The position numbers and the translations under genes were made by a program. Shown one piece after another: positions 57,683 to 64,000 of a DNA stretch of 64,000 nt. The notes under the pieces were generated by a model that saw nothing but the letters and a program-made list of their open reading frames with translations, was not told the origin of the DNA and did no database searches. Origin of the DNA: Candidatus Latescibacterota bacterium (lineage in GTDB: Bacteria; Latescibacterota; UBA2968; UBA8231); NCBI GenBank assembly GCA_965242865.1, contig CBDETK010000013.1, forward strand, positions 2,720,001-2,784,000, given 5' to 3'. Each line of letters starts with the position of its first letter. The stretch's first letter is position 1.

Positions 57683-58359
57683 CTCTTATTTAGCGTCTCC
57701 AGCCGACAAAGCCATGCGGCGAAATGCGTACACTTCAATCGCAAGGTAGGCAATCCGATCTTCTCCGCAACAATAGGTGCCGCAGATACTTTCATTCGCT
57801 CGTATTCCGGTATCGCGCCGATAATTCGCTTGGATGGGGCTGTGTTTTCTCCGTCGTTGATGAGCTCTGGCGAATCAAAACGTGCGACCATATCGACAAG
57901 TCGCTGTATTCCAGTGCTGTTGTCAAACTGTGAGTCGAGTTTCTGAGGATCGGACAGGAGTAAAGCCTCGAACTCGTGAAGCTGAAAATGCGGGATAAAG
58001 CGCCGATCAGAAATGTCTGCTGCCAGAGCGTTCTCCAATACCTCAACCCGTCCGTAGGGGTTGGATGTCTGCTGCGCGTCTTTGTAGCCCGGAAAATTCG
58101 TCGGCAGACCGTACACGTCGAACATGGTTGTGAAACGCACATCCGAATTCCGATCTTCCCTTATCCAAGCATTGATATCATTCCTCGCCTTCTCATAATT
58201 CTTAATCCCTCCACGATGCTTAATGTTGCGCCTCCGACTCGTCAGGACACAGCGAGCCCGCGCCCAGACCTCACGCCCGGCTAGATACGGACTTAGGATC
58301 TGTTTCACAAACGCTTCTTCGGTCTGCCCTTCAACAATGAAATTCAGTCTGATAGCCAC
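57679..58359 (-). CDS. DUF4276-family (TOPRIM-like) protein
   Basis: RLNFIVEGQTEE.FV, TTMFD.Y.LP..FPG, LHEFEALL.SD, PELIND...TAPSKRI; GTG start overlaps the ATPase stop. Confidence 0.82.
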   Translation of the reverse strand: MAIRLNFIVEGQTEEAFVKQILSPYLAGREVWARARCVLTSRRRNIKHRGGIKNYEKARNDINAWIREDRNSDVRFTTMFDVYGLPTNFPGYKDAQQTSNPYGRVEVLENALAADISDRRFIPHFQLHEFEALLLSDPQKLDSQFDNSTGIQRLVDMVARFDSPELINDGENTAPSKRIIGAIPEYERMKVSAAPIVAEKIGLPTLRLKCTHFAAWLCRLETLNKR

Positions 58360-59465
58360 TATGGTCGCCCTCCGAGCACGTTCTTTTCCCACAACTCGGA
58401 AAGCGAATAGTCTTCGATCCACTCTTCAAGGGCCTCGGCGTCTAGCTGCCTGAAAGTAGAACTGCGGCCTTCGCGCTCGACGACGACGATATCCTCCGGC
58501 TCAAAGCAATCGACTAGTGCCGTGGATTGCGTTGCGACGATGACTTGGACCTTGGTCGATGCAGCACGTATCAAACCGCTGACGATGTTAATAGCGTAGG
58601 GATGCAATCCGAGTTCTGGCTCATCAAGGAGCAAAACGTCCGGCAAATCCCGTTCTGGCTGCAACAGAAGGGTGACTAGCGATATGACCCGCAACATGCC
58701 ATCCGACGCCTGCGACACACTGAACACCTGATCGCTGTTGCGCTCGCGCCAGTTCAGGAGAAGACGATTGTACTGTGGTTCTAACGCGAAATTAGAAAAG
58801 AAAGGCAGGATCAACCGAATGGTATCTACGATCCGCTGATAGCACCTGTTGTCGTACTCCTGCAAGCGAAACAGGACAGGCGCGATATTGGCAGCGTCCT
58901 CCTTTAACCATCGGTTATCATCCATATACCACTTCTCGCGTATGCGAGCCGTGTCCGACGTGTTGTGGAATTGGTACACGACGATTTTTTGCAGGAGATC
59001 TCGAATGAAGCGAGCAGTCACGTCTTGGTTGGCCTTAACGAGAAGTTGTGGAGCGAGATGTCCGGCCCCTGTTTCGCGCCATGGCGCAAGAGTAGAGTAA
59101 TTATTGCTAGAGAATCGGTATCGCTCGTCCGCGAAAACCAACGTATCGCCTGCCGCATAAAACAGCCGAAACGCGTACTGATTCGCGCCCGAATCGGTCT
59201 CAATCGTCAGCTCGGTCTCAATCTCTCGAGTTTTAGCTGGGCCATCGTGCAAAAAGGTGCTGGCACCGCCTTGCTGACCCACGTAAAGCTGAAGATGGTC
59301 CGGGTCTGATAACGCCCAACTTATCATGCGAAAGAAGGAGATAAAGTTGGATTTTCCAGCACCGTTGGGGCCAATGAGCACGGTCAAGGGACGCGGCTTG
59401 AACTCCTTCAGTTCTCGAATGGTCTTGAACCCTTTGAGGGTTATCGCATCAAGCCTGTTTCTCAT
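58359..59465 (-). CDS. ABC/AAA_21-type ATPase
   Basis: LKGFKTI, GPNGAGKSN, SDG.LR, LLDEPELGLHP, ATQS. Confidence 0.9.
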   Translation of the reverse strand: MRNRLDAITLKGFKTIRELKEFKPRPLTVLIGPNGAGKSNFISFFRMISWALSDPDHLQLYVGQQGGASTFLHDGPAKTREIETELTIETDSGANQYAFRLFYAAGDTLVFADERYRFSSNNYSTLAPWRETGAGHLAPQLLVKANQDVTARFIRDLLQKIVVYQFHNTSDTARIREKWYMDDNRWLKEDAANIAPVLFRLQEYDNRCYQRIVDTIRLILPFFSNFALEPQYNRLLLNWRERNSDQVFSVSQASDGMLRVISLVTLLLQPERDLPDVLLLDEPELGLHPYAINIVSGLIRAASTKVQVIVATQSTALVDCFEPEDIVVVEREGRSSTFRQLDAEALEEWIEDYSLSELWEKNVLGGRP

Positions 59466-59524
59466 AGTCTATTCCAGCGAAATTTGTCGGGCACATCTTC
59501 GTAGGCTTGGACTTTTGCCGAGAA

Positions 59525-59577
59525 GTCGTTCCCGCGAAAGAACGTCACTCCGTGCCCCGACACGGGGCAGGAATCCC
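59525..59577. repeat. REP-like nested palindrome
   Basis: gtcgttcccgcgaaag...tgccccg-aca-cggggca-ggaatcc: an inner 7-bp stem inside ttcc/ggaa arms. Confidence 0.6.
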
Positions 59578-59578
59578 G

Positions 59579-60574
59579 TTATAGAGCAGCGGCCATGTAC
59601 TCGTCGAAGTCGAGTACAACGCCTTGCTCTGACGAGGTGCCCAAGGCGTTGATCAGGCCCACAGTAGCTAAATTGCGCGAGCCTGAGAAGGGCGGCTCCA
59701 CGCCGTGGAGCACAAAGTCGCGGAAGCCGTCTAAGAGGACTTCTTCGGGATGAGGGTTTTCGTCCATGGGGATGATCTCGTCGCGGTCGGCACCGGGCCG
59801 ACGGATCGCCAAGCCGCCAGAGACTTCTTCGACCGTGCCCTGCTCGCAGTCGAGCCGCCAGCTCGAGCCGCCTTTGTGGGTGGCGAAGGTGCATTGGAAG
59901 TTGAACGTGGTGCCGTTGTGGAACTCGATCCAGCCGTCAATAGCCGCGCCGCCGCTATACGGACTCCAAGGCGGGTTGAAGCTGTGGCAGAACAGCCGCC
60001 GCGGCTCAGCGTCGAGCAGGTGGCGCAATTGATCGAAGTCGTGGATGCCGCGCTCCCACAAATAGGCGTGCTGGTCCGCCCCCGAATGATGCACCCGCGG
60101 ACGCCAGCCGTATTTGGTCATCAAGCCAAAGGAAGGCCGGCCCAACTCGCCGCTTTGCAGCAAGCGGCGGATGGTGAGGACCGGCGGATAGTAGCGGGCG
60201 TTTTGGGTAACGGCGACCTTGAGGTCGCGCTCGGTTGCCTCGGCGACGATTTGCCGCGCTTGGCCGAGGCCTTTGGTAAAAGGCTTTTCGACCAGTACGT
60301 GCTTGCCAGCGCGCACTGCCTCCAAGCACTGGCCGGCGTGCAGGTCGGGCGGCGTAATGACCACTACGGCGTCCGCGTCAACAGCTTGCAGGGCGTGGGC
60401 GAGCGTAGAAAAACACGCTTCTTCGCCTAGGCCGGTCGTCTGGCGCGCCGCGGCGAGGTTCTCTGCGCTAACATCAACTAAGGCGACGGCCTTAAAGTCC
60501 GTGCGGTCGCGGAAGCGGTTTAGGGGCCAGCGGCCGCGGCCACCGGCTCCTAGGTGGATCGTGCGAATCGTCAT
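59579..60574 (-). CDS. Gfo/Idh/MocA oxidoreductase
   Basis: GAGGRG, DAVVVITPP.LH, GKHVLVEKP, GIH.FD. Confidence 0.92.
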   Translation of the reverse strand: MTIRTIHLGAGGRGRWPLNRFRDRTDFKAVALVDVSAENLAAARQTTGLGEEACFSTLAHALQAVDADAVVVITPPDLHAGQCLEAVRAGKHVLVEKPFTKGLGQARQIVAEATERDLKVAVTQNARYYPPVLTIRRLLQSGELGRPSFGLMTKYGWRPRVHHSGADQHAYLWERGIHDFDQLRHLLDAEPRRLFCHSFNPPWSPYSGGAAIDGWIEFHNGTTFNFQCTFATHKGGSSWRLDCEQGTVEEVSGGLAIRRPGADRDEIIPMDENPHPEEVLLDGFRDFVLHGVEPPFSGSRNLATVGLINALGTSSEQGVVLDFDEYMAAAL

Positions 60575-62058
60575 GATGGGCTCCAGTCGAGGGCAAGTTG
60601 GGTCAACAAGCGCACGCCAATGCCAACGCCGCCGCGCGGCACGTAAGGTTTGGCCTTTTCGCACCAAGCGGTCCCGGCGATGTCGAGGTGCGCCCACGAG
60701 TACGAGGCAAATTCGGCCAACAGCGCTGCGGCCGTACTGGCACCGGCTGGCCGACCGCCTGAATTTTTCATGTCGGCGATGTCGCTGTCGATCTGATCGC
60801 GGTGCTCGGGCCACACCGGCAGCCGCCAGAGCCGCTCGCCAGTGTGCTCGCCGGCGGCGAGCAGCCGCTCGGCTAAGGCGTCGTCGTTGGCAAACAGGCC
60901 CGAAGCATGGGGGCCCAGCGCGGCGACACAAGAGCCGGTGAGGGTGGCCAGATCGACGACCGCGGCCGGCTCGTAGCGGGTGGCGTACGCGAGCGCATCG
61001 GCCAAGACGAGGCGGCCCTCGGCGTCTGTGCTGACGATCTCAATGGTCTTGCCCGCGAGGGTTTGCAGCACGTCGTCTGGACGAAAGGCGGTGCTGGAGG
61101 GCATGTTCTCTGCGGCGGCGATTAGGCCGACGACCCGCCGCTTGAGCCCGAGTGCGGCCACCGCCTGCATCGCGCCCAAAACGGCCGCGGCCCCGGACAT
61201 GTCGGTTTTCATCGTGCGGATGCCCTCGACGGTCTTGAGCGATAGGCCGCCGCTGTCAAAGGTGATGCCCTTGCCGACAAACACCAGCGGTTCCCCCTTG
61301 GGGGGGCCGTGTTCGAGGACGATGAACCGCGGCTTGTTGGCACTGCCTTGGCCAACGGCCAACAGGGCACCCATCCCCAGCCGAGCCAAGCCTTTCGCGC
61401 CGAAAACCCGACAGCGCAGGTCGTGGGTTTTGGCTAGGCGGCGGGCCGTGTGGGCCAAGTAGGCCGGGGTGACCTCGCGGCCGGGGTGGTTCACCAAGTC
61501 GCGGGCGAAGCAGGTGGCCTCTGCCAAGGCGCGGCCGCGCCGCACTCCGCGCCGCGCCTCTTTGAGCTTCGCCGAGTCGAACTCTACGATGTGCAGCTTG
61601 GCCAGCGACTGCGGGTGGGGTTGCGAGCGGTACTCGTCAAAGCGATAGGCTGCCAACAGCGATGCTTCGGCCACTGCTTGCGCGGCCGGCTCAACGGGCA
61701 GGTTGCCCGCGCCCGTGCCGTGGAGAATGGTGGCCGCGCTTTGGCCGCCCAAGCGACCGAGGGTGCCGATGGCCATGCCCGCGGCGCGGCGCGCCCTTTC
61801 GAGGTCAAAGCCCTCTCGCTCGCCCAAGCCGACGACGAGGACGCGCCGGGCTGGGATTTGGCCATGCGAGTACAGCAGCAGGGTTTGTCCGGCCTTGCCC
61901 TCAAAGTCGCCCAAGTCAATGGCCGCTGAGATTTGGCCGCCGAGGGCTTGGTCAACCGCACCCGTAGCCCCGCCGGGACGCGCTCCGGCAAAGAGATTGA
62001 CTACGAGGACGTCCGCGTCCTGTTTCTGAATGGCCCCCTGTATTACTTTAATATCCAT
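60571..62058 (-). CDS. pepA: Leucyl aminopeptidase (M17)
   Basis: VGKGITFDSGG, MK.DMSGAA, STDAEGRL, DLATLTG, HLDIAG. Confidence 0.95.
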   Translation of the reverse strand: MDIKVIQGAIQKQDADVLVVNLFAGARPGGATGAVDQALGGQISAAIDLGDFEGKAGQTLLLYSHGQIPARRVLVVGLGEREGFDLERARRAAGMAIGTLGRLGGQSAATILHGTGAGNLPVEPAAQAVAEASLLAAYRFDEYRSQPHPQSLAKLHIVEFDSAKLKEARRGVRRGRALAEATCFARDLVNHPGREVTPAYLAHTARRLAKTHDLRCRVFGAKGLARLGMGALLAVGQGSANKPRFIVLEHGPPKGEPLVFVGKGITFDSGGLSLKTVEGIRTMKTDMSGAAAVLGAMQAVAALGLKRRVVGLIAAAENMPSSTAFRPDDVLQTLAGKTIEIVSTDAEGRLVLADALAYATRYEPAAVVDLATLTGSCVAALGPHASGLFANDDALAERLLAAGEHTGERLWRLPVWPEHRDQIDSDIADMKNSGGRPAGASTAAALLAEFASYSWAHLDIAGTAWCEKAKPYVPRGGVGIGVRLLTQLALDWSPS

Positions 62059-62210
62059 ACCATTAACGTTTAGTTCGTGGTGGGAAGTACGTGGTCATTA
62101 ACCACTAACCACTATCCGTACTACTGTCAAGAATGGATCACGCCGCCCTGTAGGCGATCTCAGCACCTTCCTGCGCCACGCCTACGCGCTAAAACCCACG
62201 GAGGAACCCA

Positions 62211-62555
62211 ATGCAGCACTTCGGCCTAACCATTGAGCTAAAGGACGATCCCGAACTGATCGCCCAGTACAAGGCATACCACGCCGACCCTTGGCCCGAG
62301 CCGCTTCAGGGCCTAGCCGAGATCGGCATCACCGACATGAAAATTTTTCTCTTGGGGCAGCGAATGTTCATGTACATGACCGCCACCGACGAATTCGATC
62401 CCGTCCGCGACTTTCCGCGCTATGTCGAGCAGAACCCCAAGGCGAAGGAGTGGGACGAGCTGATGCGGACCTTTCAGCAGCCGGTGCCCGAGGCTACAGA
62501 GGGGGAGTGGTGGGCCAACATGGAACTCGTGTTTGACTTGCAATTGCACGTCTGA
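62211..62555 (+). CDS. L-rhamnose mutarotase-like protein
   Basis: Y..YH...WPE, GI.DM.IF, W..LM..FQ, W..ME.VFDL; GGAGG RBS. Confidence 0.85.
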   Translation: MQHFGLTIELKDDPELIAQYKAYHADPWPEPLQGLAEIGITDMKIFLLGQRMFMYMTATDEFDPVRDFPRYVEQNPKAKEWDELMRTFQQPVPEATEGEWWANMELVFDLQLHV

Positions 62556-62652
62556 GAGGCCGTGAGACATGTTGGCTGGCGTGCGGTGCCATAGCAATTG
62601 AGCACTTCAAACGCGCTTTGTAAAAACGCAAATTTCGCACAGGAGATTTTCT

Positions 62653-63408
62653 ATGACCAAGGGACGAGTCGCCGGCAAGGCGGCCATTGTAACGGGCGCG
62701 GCTTCGGGAATTGGCGAAGCTACCGCGCAGGTTCTGGCGCGCGAAGGTGCGTCCGTGTGCGTCGCGGATGTCAACGCCGAGGGCGGCCAGCAGGTCGTCG
62801 ATGCAATCAAGGCCAGCGGCGGCGAGGCCATCTTCGCACGCACCGACGTGGGCGAGGCCGCCGAGGTTATTGAGATGTTTGAGCGGACTCAAGCCGCCTT
62901 TGGCCGCGTGGACATCGTCCACAACAACGCAATATGGTTCCGCCACGGCCCGGCGACCGAGCTCGACGAAAGGGATTGGGACGGGACCTTAAACATCGGC
63001 TTGAAGGCGATTTTCCTCGCCGCCAAATACGGCATCCCGGTCATGCGCAAAACCGGGGGCGGAGTGATTATCAACACCGGCTCGGTACATTCGCTGGTCA
63101 GCTTTGCCACGGCCACGGCCTACGACGCGGCCAAGGCCGGCGTGTTGGGCCTGACGCGGACCCTCGCGATTGACTACGGGCCGGACATCCGCGTCTGCGC
63201 CGTGCTGCCCGGGGCCATTCTGACGCCCTTGTGGAAGGGAGTCTCCGAGCGAGAACAGCAGCACTATGCCAACATGGTCCCCGCCAAGCGGCTAGGCACT
63301 GGCGAGGACATCGCCAACGCCGTGCTGTTCCTCGCCTCGGACGAGGCGTCCTTTATCACCGGAACCGCCCTGACCGTAGATGGCGGGATGCTGGCGAGGA
63401 CCGAGTAG
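62653..63408 (+). CDS. SDR-family oxidoreductase
   Basis: TGAASGIG, NNA, YDAAK, ITG..L.VDGG. Confidence 0.95.
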   Translation: MTKGRVAGKAAIVTGAASGIGEATAQVLAREGASVCVADVNAEGGQQVVDAIKASGGEAIFARTDVGEAAEVIEMFERTQAAFGRVDIVHNNAIWFRHGPATELDERDWDGTLNIGLKAIFLAAKYGIPVMRKTGGGVIINTGSVHSLVSFATATAYDAAKAGVLGLTRTLAIDYGPDIRVCAVLPGAILTPLWKGVSEREQQHYANMVPAKRLGTGEDIANAVLFLASDEASFITGTALTVDGGMLARTE

Positions 63409-64000
63409 ATGGCCAAGCCAGCCGTCAAACCGCAAAACCCCTGCTTTTCCTCGGGTCCGTGCGCCAAGCGTCCCAAGTGGAGCTGGGCCGCGTTGGCCGA
63501 CGCCGCCCTCGGGCGCTCGCACCGCTCGGCGCAAGGGCGGGCCAAGCTACAGGAGGTCATCGAGCGGTCGCGGGTGCTACTGGGGGTGCCGGCCGATTAC
63601 CGCATCGGGGTGGTGCCGGGTTCGGATACCGGGGCCGTGGAGATGTGCCTGTGGTCGCTGTTGGGTGCCCGAGGCGTTGATGTGCTGGCTTGGGAAAGCT
63701 TCAGCCGGGGATGGGCGACGGATATTGTCCAACACTTGCGGCTAGAGGATGTGCGCGTCTTTGACGCCGATTTCGGAGAACTGCCCGACTTGTCCGCGAT
63801 CGATGGCGACCGCGACGTGGTTTTTGCGTGGAACGGCACGACCTCTGGGGTGAAGGTGCCCGATGGCGCGTGGATCGCCGCCGACCGCGCCGGCCTGACC
63901 ATCTGCGATGCAACGTCCGCGGTCTTTGCCGTGGACCTGCCGTGGGAAAAGCTCGACGTAGTCACGTACTCTTGGCAAAAGGTCCTAGGCGGCGAGGCCG
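63409..64000 (+). CDS. serC: Phosphoserine aminotransferase (Methanosarcina-type), 3'-partial
   Basis: Manual translation: [62 protein letters not shown]. Confidence 0.92.
   Translation, partial: MAKPAVKPQNPCFSSGPCAKRPKWSWAALADAALGRSHRSAQGRAKLQEVIERSRVLLGVPADYRIGVVPGSDTGAVEMCLWSLLGARGVDVLAWESFSRGWATDIVQHLRLEDVRVFDADFGELPDLSAIDGDRDVVFAWNGTTSGVKVPDGAWIAADRAGLTICDATSAVFAVDLPWEKLDVVTYSWQKVLGGEA

Noticed and set aside
62076-62125. gtggt...taaccactaaccac short repeat/hairpin between pepA and the mutarotase
   Set aside because: Only two 7-nt units; too short to support a functional call.
1-64000. CRISPR array, tRNA, rRNA, integron integrase or attC array
   Set aside because: I saw no regularly spaced repeat-spacer units, RNA gene signatures or tyrosine recombinase. 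The hairpin near 52.6 kb lacks proper RYYYAAC/GTTRRRY ends.

Overview
High-GC bacterial chromosome segment with no rRNA, tRNA, CRISPR array, integrase or intact transposase that I can recognise. Bases 1-15.2 kb are a co-directional defence island. In order it holds: a SLOG-TIR gene (5'-partial), hsdS, an OLD-type ATPase-TOPRIM nuclease, darG with no darT, a truncated partner gene plus DUF1828, an XRE-ImmA/IrrE peptidase plus an internally deleted PIN gene, hsdR, hsdM, an hsdS 5' stub, and an AAA/PD-(D/E)xK protein. The island is punctuated by 40-80 bp pieces of its own genes (hsdS 5' end, hsdS 3' end, darG). Its type I R-M order (S...R-M-S') is a circular permutation of R-M-S about a 44-bp direct repeat. 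Several two-gene modules have kept the likely antitoxin and lost the likely toxin. The rest is mostly transport and catabolism: yejABEF, an LLM oxygenase, an aminotransferase, ferritin, NagB-PIG-L, a sodium:solute symporter, a half-size GlnE, UxuA-like, GlgP, peptidases and serC. Small inserts interrupt it: a convergent MTase/endonuclease pair, a glycan cassette between two paralogous TonB-dependent receptors, a truncated Rpn, two AT-rich membrane genes and an ATPase/DUF4276 pair. CCWGG looks strongly depleted in favour of CTTGG/CCAAG and CCTAG/CTAGG. All family calls come from motif recognition by eye; no searches were run.
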